The notes beneath the pieces are model-generated. The model was given only the letters and a program-made list of their open reading frames with translations. It searched no databases and was not told the DNA's origin. A stretch of 61,858 nucleotides of DNA from Acidobacteriota bacterium (GTDB taxonomy: Bacteria > Acidobacteriota > Aminicenantia > Aminicenantales > Aminicenantaceae): positions 1 through 61,858 of the forward strand of contig DAOVDI010000002.1 of NCBI GenBank assembly GCA_030669585.1, written 5' to 3'. Of this stretch, positions 8,864 through 17,405 are shown piece by piece (within the stretch, counting starts at the first letter, position 1; each line of letters begins with the position of its first letter). The position numbers were made by a program, and so were the translations under genes.

Positions 8864-11758
8864 TTATTGAAAATTTTTAACAAAGTCAAAAAAATCGATC
8901 TCATTGGCATCCAGCCCGTATTTATAGACATATTGGCTTGCAAGGCGTGAAGAAAACATAGCGATCAAATAGGACTTCGGGACACGCTGGAAGATTTTAT
9001 CGATCCCGATGGTCTTGATCAATACGGGAGGACAGCAGCAGGCCGAGACTCTATTGAACAAGGCTTTGTTTACATAGAGCTTTGAGGAAAAGATGGCGTC
9101 TGTGATATTGTTGATCTTTTTACTGACCAGGTCAGAGAGCCGGGAGATGGGGATGTTCTTTTCCTGTTTCTCTTTCCATATGATCTCAAATTCCGCTGTT
9201 GCATTGGCTTTGATTAAATCAAGGATCTCATTGACATAGGTTTTGCGGAAATCCGGGATCTCGCCGTTATTTGCGCACATGTGCTTTTGATGTTCCTCAT
9301 CGCTTAGTGAAAGACTCGCCAGAACCTCCATCGAAGAGGAGGTCACCCCTCCTTTGTTGGCCGAAGCGTCTTTAAAAATAATGACACCTTTTTCCTCAAG
9401 GCGAAGGCGAGCTTCTTGAGTAATAAACAAGTTAGCCCCTTCAACAATATACTTGAAACGCGGATTTCCCTTTTCATCCAGGAATCTCTCCCAATTGTTG
9501 ATATTTACGGAAGATGGGCGGCCTCCGCAGGGGACAAAAAGATCGGCATTAAATCTGGGATCCAAATGGAATGTATTCCGGAATTCAAGACCGTTCGGTA
9601 CTACTTCACCGTCAGGCAATTTTCGGGTGTTTTCACTGATACGAACCAAAAACCCATTGGCGGAAAGGAGAGCAGAATTAAAATTCTCTACCGCAAGACG
9701 GGCTTTTGCCAGCCTTTTAAGCTCTTTTCTGTTAATTCCTTCGGGGTCATATAGTACTCCGGAACCATCGATAATGGCCAGAATAGTATCCTTTGAAATC
9801 ATTATCTCATTGCTTCCAAGGTCTCCGTCCGGTCCTCCTGTCAAAACTTTTGTTATATTTTTTTCTTTTTTACCGACCTTGTCCAGAATATTAAGAACAT
9901 ATTGGTGGACAGAGTTAGTCGTCATGCCGTAAAGATCATGAGGGATGCCTCCCTTGTGTACAGGTTTTCCGGTTGAAAAGGACTTCCAGTAGGGATAATC
10001 CATGACCTTTGCTCTCAATGATGCCCATTCCATAAGGTCAGCAGTGCCCTCATCCGGGCCTAAGAAAAGTATGACCTCTTTCTCGTAGTAATCGAGAATC
10101 CATTCATCTGGCACGATCAAGTCAAGCAATCCATTGATGTATTTTTTGAAGGCGATTTCTGCTTTATCCTGGAACTCCCATCTTAAAAGAATAGTACCTT
10201 TGGATCCTCCTTCAGGGATATCCTTGTTTTTTTTCTGCTGGGTAAATGCCAGATTGTAGTTTTCATCAAAAATAAACTCTGAATTATTTAAATAATTCTG
10301 GTAGTTGTTGGATCGGACGATACGAATTCCCCCGCGGGCGATATCCCGAAACCGGATATGAAATCCCCTCATCTCTCTTGCGATGATGTGAAAGACACCA
10401 AAGGGGTATTCGGGAAAATCGACCTCATTGAGAAATCGCGGGTCATACATAAAGGCGATAGATGTTTTTTCCTCTTTATAGAAATTAGTACGGAGCGTCA
10501 CTTTAATAAACAGGATTATGGCCTGGAAAACAAGCCGGTCGACCTCGGTGATGATATTTTGGCGGATGTCCTCTTTGGCCTTTGCAAGATTTCTTTCAAT
10601 ATTATGATTTTTAACATAAGGATTGAATTTTTTGTCAAAGATCTTGAACAATTTTTTCAGGATTTCGTGGTTGTCAATAAGCGCATCCCAGACTCGTATT
10701 TCGTCGAACGTGTCTTTTGCCAGGCGAGTTTTGAGAGTCCTCAAAATGCCCAGCAGTTCCGGGAAATCTTTTAATTTGTTTGAAAGCCTTACATATTCCT
10801 CGTTGTAACTGCTCAAAAACTGGTGGGAAAAGCTCCATGCCGCCACTCCGAAAACGGTTTCTTGAGCATTGAGTTTCCCGTTTTGGAAGAGGCTGGAGAG
10901 AGGGCTCCCGTAAATGACATAGACAAGACTGATATCTTCAACAATATTCCGGATCAAATCTTTTTCATGGGTGTCTTCCAGGTAAAAAGAATATACGGTT
11001 TTTCCGTTGGAAAATTGCTCGATATATTTGCGTCGTGAATACAGTTTATACGAGTTGAAGACATCAGACACATTGGAGAAAAATCTGGAACTGGAATCCG
11101 TGTTTATCACGACCATGATACGGAGTTCCTTTATGCTTTTTTCATGTGTGACTTCGATCAAAGGGGTTTCCCAGCACAGGGATTTTCGAAGGAGGTTTTC
11201 ATATCTTTTATATGTGTTTTTTGTAGTGGTTTTCAAAAAATTGGCCGATGCGATCTTCTTAAGGTCAACATCATCACATGGACCCTCTGTTGAGTCGAAT
11301 TTGACCACAGTATCAAACCCGTGCGTATAGACCAGGTACATGCGTAAATGTTTCCCACTCAGAGCTTCACCTGATGTCCTGTATGACTGAAGCCTGCAGT
11401 TGGGATACTTTGTTTCGATCCGTTCTTCCACTTCATGAGCATGGTAGTGGTCATCATCAACAAGATAGATGGCTTCTTCTTTCAGTTCTCTGGCCAGATC
11501 TATTTCCATCCTTCCTTTTGCCTTTCCAGCGGCAATGATCCCGGCTGCTTTAATGGCCTCGATGTGGTTGGCCATGGTCTTCAGGGGGGTTGTTTTAAAA
11601 TAATAGTCAGGCATACCCAACTCCGTACCGAAGTATGCAATCTCCTGCCTGATCGTACTGGGTGCATAGTTATTATTCCTGATCATGATCTGTTCAATTT
11701 TTTGGAGTTGTTTTTCCGACAGAGGAGAATGTTCTGCAATTTCTTTAATGCTTTTCAT
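8864..11758 (-). CDS. Large NAD-specific glutamate dehydrogenase (about 110 kDa L-GDH class)
   Basis: 964 aa. Motifs DIARGGIRIV, GPDEGTADLMEW, GGIPHDLYGMTT, TGGPDGDLGSNE and VEGANLFIT…DASANKGGVTSSS, as in the large NAD-GDH family. Confidence 0.75.
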   Translation of the reverse strand: MKSIKEIAEHSPLSEKQLQKIEQIMIRNNNYAPSTIRQEIAYFGTELGMPDYYFKTTPLKTMANHIEAIKAAGIIAAGKAKGRMEIDLARELKEEAIYLVDDDHYHAHEVEERIETKYPNCRLQSYRTSGEALSGKHLRMYLVYTHGFDTVVKFDSTEGPCDDVDLKKIASANFLKTTTKNTYKRYENLLRKSLCWETPLIEVTHEKSIKELRIMVVINTDSSSRFFSNVSDVFNSYKLYSRRKYIEQFSNGKTVYSFYLEDTHEKDLIRNIVEDISLVYVIYGSPLSSLFQNGKLNAQETVFGVAAWSFSHQFLSSYNEEYVRLSNKLKDFPELLGILRTLKTRLAKDTFDEIRVWDALIDNHEILKKLFKIFDKKFNPYVKNHNIERNLAKAKEDIRQNIITEVDRLVFQAIILFIKVTLRTNFYKEEKTSIAFMYDPRFLNEVDFPEYPFGVFHIIAREMRGFHIRFRDIARGGIRIVRSNNYQNYLNNSEFIFDENYNLAFTQQKKNKDIPEGGSKGTILLRWEFQDKAEIAFKKYINGLLDLIVPDEWILDYYEKEVILFLGPDEGTADLMEWASLRAKVMDYPYWKSFSTGKPVHKGGIPHDLYGMTTNSVHQYVLNILDKVGKKEKNITKVLTGGPDGDLGSNEIMISKDTILAIIDGSGVLYDPEGINRKELKRLAKARLAVENFNSALLSANGFLVRISENTRKLPDGEVVPNGLEFRNTFHLDPRFNADLFVPCGGRPSSVNINNWERFLDEKGNPRFKYIVEGANLFITQEARLRLEEKGVIIFKDASANKGGVTSSSMEVLASLSLSDEEHQKHMCANNGEIPDFRKTYVNEILDLIKANATAEFEIIWKEKQEKNIPISRLSDLVSKKINNITDAIFSSKLYVNKALFNRVSACCCPPVLIKTIGIDKIFQRVPKSYLIAMFSSRLASQYVYKYGLDANEIDFFDFVKNFQ

Positions 11759-11787
11759 GATTTACTCCTAAGTTTACTCCTTAGCAA

Positions 11788-12132
11788 TTATATCTCTAAC
11801 TCAATTTTTTCAAGGATAAGTTCGGTTCCGGCAATGGTCTTTAGGTTCGAGGAGCCGCACTGACTGCATGTGAGGATATAATCATTGCTTATTAATTCAG
11901 CCTTGCAATCCTTGCAATCCATTTTTAACGGAACCTTTTCGATCGTGATCGCCGCCTCTCGTGCGATAGTGTCCTTTTTGTATATGTCAAAGGCGGATTC
12001 TAAAAGTTCTGGCACGGCTCCTGAAAGAACCCCGACCTGTAGTTTGACATGTACTATCTTTTTTGCATTCTTATCATTGGCCTGTTTTTCAAGAATATCA
12101 AAAAGATTGGTGATAAGAGACAATTCATGCAT
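11788..12132 (-). CDS. hypA: Hydrogenase nickel-insertion protein HypA
   Basis: Start placed at the internal MHELSL… (canonical HypA N-terminus), giving 114 aa. Zn motif CKDCK…CSQCGS. The ATG overlaps the hypB stop (ATGCATGA). Confidence 0.85.
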   Translation of the reverse strand: MHELSLITNLFDILEKQANDKNAKKIVHVKLQVGVLSGAVPELLESAFDIYKKDTIAREAAITIEKVPLKMDCKDCKAELISNDYILTCSQCGSSNLKTIAGTELILEKIELEI

Positions 12133-12796
12133 GATCACTACGCAGTTTGTGAAGAGCTTGTATAAAATAGTCAGACAGCTCTTTAATGCCATCCCCATTG
12201 AGCGAAGAAAGGACAAAAATTTCCAGCCTGGGGTTCATTTCGAGCGCTTCTTTCGAGACCCTTTCAATATCAAAAGGCAGGATTGATACCAGGTCCGACT
12301 TGCTGATTATCAAAGAATCCGATGTGATAAAGGCCTTGGGATACTTTTTCGGTTTGTCATCCCCTTCCGGCGTGGACAGCAGCACACATCTCAGATGTTC
12401 TCCCAGGTCAAAACTTGCCGGACAAACAAGGTTCCCCACGTTTTCTATGAACAGGAAATCCAGGTCAGCCGGGATGTCAGGAAACAGCCTGCCTATCATT
12501 TTGGCTTCGAGGTGACATGCTCCTCCGGTCATGATCTGCCAGGCTGGAATTCCTTTTGCCCGGATTCTTTCGGCGTCCCGTTCTGTCTCGATGTCCCCTT
12601 CGATGACCGCCATTTTATAATCCGGTTTTAAGACCTCGGAAAGCTTTTCCAGGAGCATGGTTTTGCCTGCGCCTGGAGAGCTAAGAAGATTGACGGCCAG
12701 TATTCCTTTCTTGGACAGTTGATTTCGAATGTCGGCTGCGATTTTTTTATTGGAACCTAGAAGATCTTCCAGTACAAGAATTTCTTTTTTAGTCAT
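12125..12796 (-). CDS. hypB: Hydrogenase nickel-insertion GTPase HypB
   Basis: P-loop SSPGAGKT. Motif ENVGNLVCPA, then SKSDL. Start chosen at MTKKEIL (12796), overlapping the protease stop by 8 nt. The track start 12823 is an alternative. Confidence 0.85.
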   Translation of the reverse strand: MTKKEILVLEDLLGSNKKIAADIRNQLSKKGILAVNLLSSPGAGKTMLLEKLSEVLKPDYKMAVIEGDIETERDAERIRAKGIPAWQIMTGGACHLEAKMIGRLFPDIPADLDFLFIENVGNLVCPASFDLGEHLRCVLLSTPEGDDKPKKYPKAFITSDSLIISKSDLVSILPFDIERVSKEALEMNPRLEIFVLSSLNGDGIKELSDYFIQALHKLRSDHA

Positions 12797-13280
12797 TATT
12801 ATTGTTTTGTTTGACCAGTTCAATGGTTTTATTAATGATTGCAGGAAGAGTTTTTTCCATTTCTTTTGTCAACCCTTCTCCCAGGGAATATATATTTTTT
12901 GCTTCAATGGCAACGATCTTGATTTCAGCAGGAACCTTCAAATGAATTTGTCTTCCGATCTCAATGGTCTGGGGTATGGACACATAATGGGGGGACGGGC
13001 CTGGGATATACCTTAAGTCTTTTTCCTCCAGAATCGTGATCCGGCCTGTTTTTGGGTCGGATCTTTTAATCGTATCCACAATGATTAGTCGGTCATATCC
13101 GATTATGACGTCCAGGAGAGCAAAACCGGTCAATGAACATTCAAGAAGATCCACATCATGAAAATAAGCGGATAATTTTTTTTCGGTTTCTATTTTTGAA
13201 CGCAGTTCCTTGATAACATGGATGCCTGTACCGTCATCACCATATAATTCGTTTCCTAATCCAAGCACCAGTGTTTTCAT
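12789..13280 (-). CDS. [NiFe] hydrogenase maturation endopeptidase (HybD/HoxW/FrhD family), stand-alone
   Basis: Start at MKTLVLGLGNELYGDDGTG (13280). Motif IIVDTI (second metal Asp) and SPH (His ligand). About 163 aa. Confidence 0.8.
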   Translation of the reverse strand: MKTLVLGLGNELYGDDGTGIHVIKELRSKIETEKKLSAYFHDVDLLECSLTGFALLDVIIGYDRLIIVDTIKRSDPKTGRITILEEKDLRYIPGPSPHYVSIPQTIEIGRQIHLKVPAEIKIVAIEAKNIYSLGEGLTKEMEKTLPAIINKTIELVKQNNNND

Positions 13281-13373
13281 CAGGATATTATAAACGAAAT
13301 AAAGATCTCGGGTCAATTTGCATGCTTATCCAACACCTCAACGAGATAAATGGTTATCTTATACAGGAAAAAG

Positions 13374-14495
13374 TTATTTAGGGTCTACCGGCTCCGCGTT
13401 TTTTACTTTGGGCAGGAAGACTGTGAAAGTGCTTCCTTTTTCGCTCTCGCTGGAAACCGTGATTTTGCCCTTATGTGCCTCTACAATCTTTTTAGCAATG
13501 GACAGTCCCAGACCGGATCCTTTTTGTTTTTGGCTTTCACTCCGCTTGACCCGGTAAAACTGATCAAAAATGAATGGAATATGCTCTTTTGGGATCCCGA
13601 TCCCGGTGTCTGACACATCGGTTATAATATATTTATCATCTTCCCGAATGGAAGTTTTCACAGAGGCCCCGGACCCGCTGTATTTAATGGCATTACTTAT
13701 GAGATTTGTAAAAACATGCTCAAGTGTTTCCTCATCGCCAAACACCATCTTGTCAACAGAAGCTTTGTCGAGTTTAAGGGAGATATTGTTTTTTTGAGCC
13801 AAAGGCTTATAAAAATCAATTGTTTTTTTCAGAAGGTTAGCCAGGGAAAAGGGTTTACCTTGATCGATAATATTGCCGGCATTCATCCGGGCGATATCCA
13901 GCCATTCATTGATGAGATTAAGAAGACCTTCCAGTTTGCTTTTTGCCCTGCTGAGCATTGCTGTCTTTTTTTCTTCCTCCTTGATGATGCCGCCTAAAAT
14001 GACTTCAAAAAATTGGATAACAGTAACGATCGGGCTTCTCAGTTGATGAGAGACCATTGTAATGAAGCTTTCTTCAATGAGTTTTTTTTCAAGGCGTAAT
14101 TTTTCTGTCTCCATTTTGAGCTTCCGTCGTTCCAGCCCCCGCTTGATGATGATCCTTAATTCTTCGGGAGTGAACGGCTTGGGCAGGAAATCATAAGCCC
14201 CTTTTCGCATGGCTTCAACAGCGGAATCCACGGTTGCATAACCTGTTATAACGATGGCTATGATGTCAGGATCAATATCCGCTATTTGGTCCAGGACATC
14301 AAAACCGCTTATCCCAGGCATTTTTAGGTCGATTAGGACAATGTCGGGTTTGAATTGGATTACTTTTTGGATTCCCTCTGATCCATTTTCTGCTGTTTCA
14401 GTTCGGAACCCGTCTTTTTTAAGAATGAGGCCGCATGAATCACGCATGGTTTCTTCATCGTCGATAACGATGACCATGGGTTTTTCTTTATCCAT
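13374..14495 (-). CDS. Hybrid sensor: N-terminal receiver (REC) plus HisKA plus HATPase_c histidine kinase
   Basis: 373 aa. REC motifs VIDDEE…DLKMPG…KPF. Coiled-coil linker. H-box MVSHQLRSP. N box NLISNAIKY. G boxes DTGIGI and GSGLGLSI. Confidence 0.8.
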   Translation of the reverse strand: MDKEKPMVIVIDDEETMRDSCGLILKKDGFRTETAENGSEGIQKVIQFKPDIVLIDLKMPGISGFDVLDQIADIDPDIIAIVITGYATVDSAVEAMRKGAYDFLPKPFTPEELRIIIKRGLERRKLKMETEKLRLEKKLIEESFITMVSHQLRSPIVTVIQFFEVILGGIIKEEEKKTAMLSRAKSKLEGLLNLINEWLDIARMNAGNIIDQGKPFSLANLLKKTIDFYKPLAQKNNISLKLDKASVDKMVFGDEETLEHVFTNLISNAIKYSGSGASVKTSIREDDKYIITDVSDTGIGIPKEHIPFIFDQFYRVKRSESQKQKGSGLGLSIAKKIVEAHKGKITVSSESEKGSTFTVFLPKVKNAEPVDPK

Positions 14496-14546
14496 TTTGA
14501 TACCTCACAACAATAATGTTTTTGCCTAACCGAAAATGGCCTTGAT

Positions 14547-14954
14547 TCAGCGATTAATAAGCTTGTCGATCCGGGCTAGCAAATCAGCAGGTTTGACCGG
14601 TTTGTCAATATAATCGTCAGGGCCGAGCATGCCTTGTTCATCCCCTTTGAATTGAAATCTGGAGCCGGTCATTTCCTTGACGGCTGAAATGTGAATGATG
14701 GGCGTATCTTTGACAGAATCGAATTCTTTTGCCGTTTTGATATTGTGGCACAGGGAAAAGCCATCAAACAGACTGTCCATCATAATGTCAAGAAGGACCA
14801 GATCAGGCTTCTCGGCCAAGATCTTCTCTTTTCCCTGGTCAGGACTGGATGCGGTTATTACATCGTAATTTGCAGAGTTCAGGATAGGAGTCACCGCATC
14901 GATGAAATCAGGATCGTCATCAATTACTAAAATTTTTCCTTTGATCGTTTCCAT
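14547..14954 (-). CDS. Single-domain response regulator (REC)
   Basis: 135 aa. Motifs ILVIDDDPD, LLDIMMDSLFDGF and DKPV. Confidence 0.75.
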   Translation of the reverse strand: METIKGKILVIDDDPDFIDAVTPILNSANYDVITASSPDQGKEKILAEKPDLVLLDIMMDSLFDGFSLCHNIKTAKEFDSVKDTPIIHISAVKEMTGSRFQFKGDEQGMLGPDDYIDKPVKPADLLARIDKLINR

Positions 14955-14965
14955 TGTATTCTCCT

Positions 14966-15337
14966 TTATTGGTTGAAAACATTGTTGATCGCCAATTTTA
15001 ATTCGTCTTTACCAAAAGATTTTATAAAATAAAAAAATATGTCTTGCTCTCTGACTTTTGCTTCCAGCTGTTTTGTGTTTTTTTTTGTCGTCATTATAAT
15101 TTTCATGCCGGGGGAAATATTCTTAAGGATGTTAACCGCCTCATAACCTTTCATTTCAGGAAGGTTAACATCGATTATCAGACATCCAAAATTCCTCATA
15201 GTGATTTTAATTACAGCATCGGTCAAACATTTGCCAGTTTCTGTTTTATAATTAAGATCTGTTAAGTAGGAAGAAAGACTGTTTCTGTCGTTATCATCCG
15301 GATCGATGATCAAAATACTTTTCTCTTCTACAACCAT
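14966..15337 (-). CDS. Single-domain response-regulator-like protein (REC)
   Basis: 123 aa. Motifs ILIIDPDDND, LIIDVNLPEMKG and a CheY-like length. The first acidic pocket is slightly atypical (DPDD). Confidence 0.7.
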   Translation of the reverse strand: MVVEEKSILIIDPDDNDRNSLSSYLTDLNYKTETGKCLTDAVIKITMRNFGCLIIDVNLPEMKGYEAVNILKNISPGMKIIMTTKKNTKQLEAKVREQDIFFYFIKSFGKDELKLAINNVFNQ

Positions 15338-15366
15338 TCTGTTTTTCCTAGATACTTATTTATTAT

Positions 15367-15382
15367 TGCAATTATTGTGCCA
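15367..15382 (-). promoter_or_regulatory. Sigma-54 (-24/-12) promoter, consensus match
   Basis: The minus strand reads TGGCAC-aataa-TTGCA. This matches TGGCAC-N5-TTGCW exactly, about 30 nt upstream of the ATG at 15337. Confidence 0.65.
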
Positions 15383-15532
15383 ATTTTCAATGAAAGGGAG
15401 AGCGAACAGTAAGTTTATAACTGATTGATAATAAATTGGATAAATACATTTTATGAAGCTTTTAAATGTGATGCCGCCTTGCTGTTTTCAAGTGGTGTGG
15501 AAGGATTACCCACTGATGGGACGGATATACAT

Positions 15533-15626
15533 AAAAAAAATCGTCCAGAGACGGATAAATTTGATGCAGGAAAAAGGTAGGAAGTATGATATTTCATACT
15601 AAAAGTGTCTACTGGACGATTTTTTT
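15533..15626. terminator. Long-loop hairpin flanked by an A8 run and a T7 run; candidate bidirectional terminator or structured RNA
   Basis: TCGTCCAGAGAC (15541-15552) pairs with GTCT-a-CTGGACGA (15607-15619), giving 12 bp with one bulge. An inner hairpin GTATGA-tattt-TCATAC is present. An A-run precedes it and a T-run follows, so either strand reads stem plus U-tract. It lies about 40 nt downstream of the group-3b large-subunit stop. Confidence 0.35.
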
Positions 15627-15662
15627 ATGAAAAAGTGTTATTTTAACCTGGTGATAACCTCC

Positions 15663-17405
15663 TCAATTTTTTAAATGATCGATGATCTTATCCATGGCGT
15701 CCAAGACCTGGGGAGAAATGTTTTGACCAAAGTCGGTGGACTGAGGCTGGATTCCCAAAACAAAAGAATTTTTTATCTGTTCATTGTGGATCTGCCCGGA
15801 TAGGAATGGAATGAATTTATGGCTGAGGGCTGCATTGTTAAGGATATATTCGACTGGGAACATAGTGATCTTGCCCGCGCGCTCACCGAAATTCACCGCA
15901 TCAATAAAAATTATCGGCCTGTCTTGTGCCCTTTCCTGGAGGGCTGTGTCTGCTTGAATGTCGGATTCAAGAAAGACATTTGCCATCCCGGATTCCTTTA
16001 ATACTGAGGCCAGTTTGAGTCCGATCCTGTCATCAGAGCGTTCATCATTTCCAACGCCAATAAAGACAGGCGCAGTCTGAGTTGTGATCTCTGTCAGCCG
16101 GTCTTTCCAAGCTTCCTGCTGGGCCTGTTCAACCTGTGCCGCATGGGCTGAACAGCTTATGCATGGATCGAATGCGCGGACAATCAAATCCATTCTTGCT
16201 TTTATTTCTTCCTCTTTGCCTTTGTCTAAAAGTTCCTGGGCGGCGATATGACAGTATCGTTCGATGTCTTCACAATTCATGGCGGTTGGAGTAATGATAT
16301 CAACATATTTTACCAGGCCATCCTCTATTTCGTGATGATGGACCAACAAACCGCGGGGCGCCTCTACCAATCCGGTTCCAGCGCCATTCTTGGTTGTATA
16401 ACTGATGACCGGAGGATTTTCTTCATATCCGAGGAGGATATCCGCAAGCTGAGGAATACGCTCAAAACAGTACATAATCTCAAGAGCCTGGGCTGCATTG
16501 TGGTAAAGCGGATTCTTTTTCCAATGCTCATTGAAATATTTTTTATACATTTCGCCGGCATTGCCCTCAAGTCTTTCGCCCAGAACGTTCACACGGGCCA
16601 GTGCTCCGACAGAAAAGGGTTTCCCGTTGTATCGACTGCGTTTGGCATAAGAATGAGATACGACAAATTCATTATTGAACGATTTATAATCATCCCTTTT
16701 AAATTTTTCCCCAGTGGACAGGAGGATCTCCTCTCCCCAGAATCCGTACTTGTTATTACCGGGTTCACAGCAGGCATAAAGAGTATCGCTCTCTGGGATG
16801 GTGGGATAATCGAGTTCACAGAACAGCTTAACCGCCTTGAAGACAAATGGCATAAATTGTTGTGCCCGGTTCTTGATCCAGATCAGCTCTTCTCTGGAAG
16901 GGAATTTTCCAAATCCTCCGATGATCGGGTTTTCACCATGGATGAATCGGCCGCTGTAAGTCTTCATGATATGATTTCCGAAATTTTTCATTTCCAGGCC
17001 GATCTTGACTTCAAATCCATAGTTGGCGGCCATCGCAATGGCGTTGGGATATCCCAGATAATCCGCAAGAGCCAGGATAAAAGTGTGCAGAGAGTGGCTC
17101 TCGATCATCTCACCCATATGCATCATTTCCCGAGAATAATAGACTTTGGGAGAAACCTTTACTGACAAGGCATTTTCTATGGCGCGAAGTACGGCATTTT
17201 TATGAGAAAGGGTGCAGATAGCGCAGATTCTCGGGGAAATACTGACATCCTCTTCAGGTGTTCTTCCTACAGTTAATCTTTCGATCAGGCGCGGGCCTTC
17301 AAAGATATTGAATTTGACATCTGTGACGACTTTCCCGTCGATCGTAGCTGAAATGCCCCCGTTTCCTTCCACTCGGGTCAAATGTTCTATAGTTATGGTT
17401 TTCAT
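15663..17405 (-). CDS. [NiFe] hydrogenase large (alpha) subunit, group-3b-like, with a C-terminally fused maturation-endopeptidase domain
   Basis: 580 aa. N-terminal RVEGNGG and RICAICTLSH (RxCxxCxxxH). C-terminal DPCISCSAH ends at His421. About 159 further residues follow, carrying protease-family motifs FIGVGNDERSDDRIG, IIFIDAV and LSHKF. Confidence 0.85.
   Translation of the reverse strand: MKTITIEHLTRVEGNGGISATIDGKVVTDVKFNIFEGPRLIERLTVGRTPEEDVSISPRICAICTLSHKNAVLRAIENALSVKVSPKVYYSREMMHMGEMIESHSLHTFILALADYLGYPNAIAMAANYGFEVKIGLEMKNFGNHIMKTYSGRFIHGENPIIGGFGKFPSREELIWIKNRAQQFMPFVFKAVKLFCELDYPTIPESDTLYACCEPGNNKYGFWGEEILLSTGEKFKRDDYKSFNNEFVVSHSYAKRSRYNGKPFSVGALARVNVLGERLEGNAGEMYKKYFNEHWKKNPLYHNAAQALEIMYCFERIPQLADILLGYEENPPVISYTTKNGAGTGLVEAPRGLLVHHHEIEDGLVKYVDIITPTAMNCEDIERYCHIAAQELLDKGKEEEIKARMDLIVRAFDPCISCSAHAAQVEQAQQEAWKDRLTEITTQTAPVFIGVGNDERSDDRIGLKLASVLKESGMANVFLESDIQADTALQERAQDRPIIFIDAVNFGERAGKITMFPVEYILNNAALSHKFIPFLSGQIHNEQIKNSFVLGIQPQSTDFGQNISPQVLDAMDKIIDHLKN

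Noticed and set aside
13318-13333. Sigma-54-like element (minus strand TTGG-ataagca-TGCA) upstream of the stand-alone protease gene
   Set aside because: The GG-to-GC register is 2 nt too short relative to TGGCAC-N5-TTGC, so it is not called.
16248-17165. 305-aa + strand ORF inside the group-3b large-subunit gene
   Set aside because: It is fully antisense to a gene with unmistakable [NiFe] motifs. It has no recognisable motifs or RBS, and its composition is typical of the reverse frame of a real gene.
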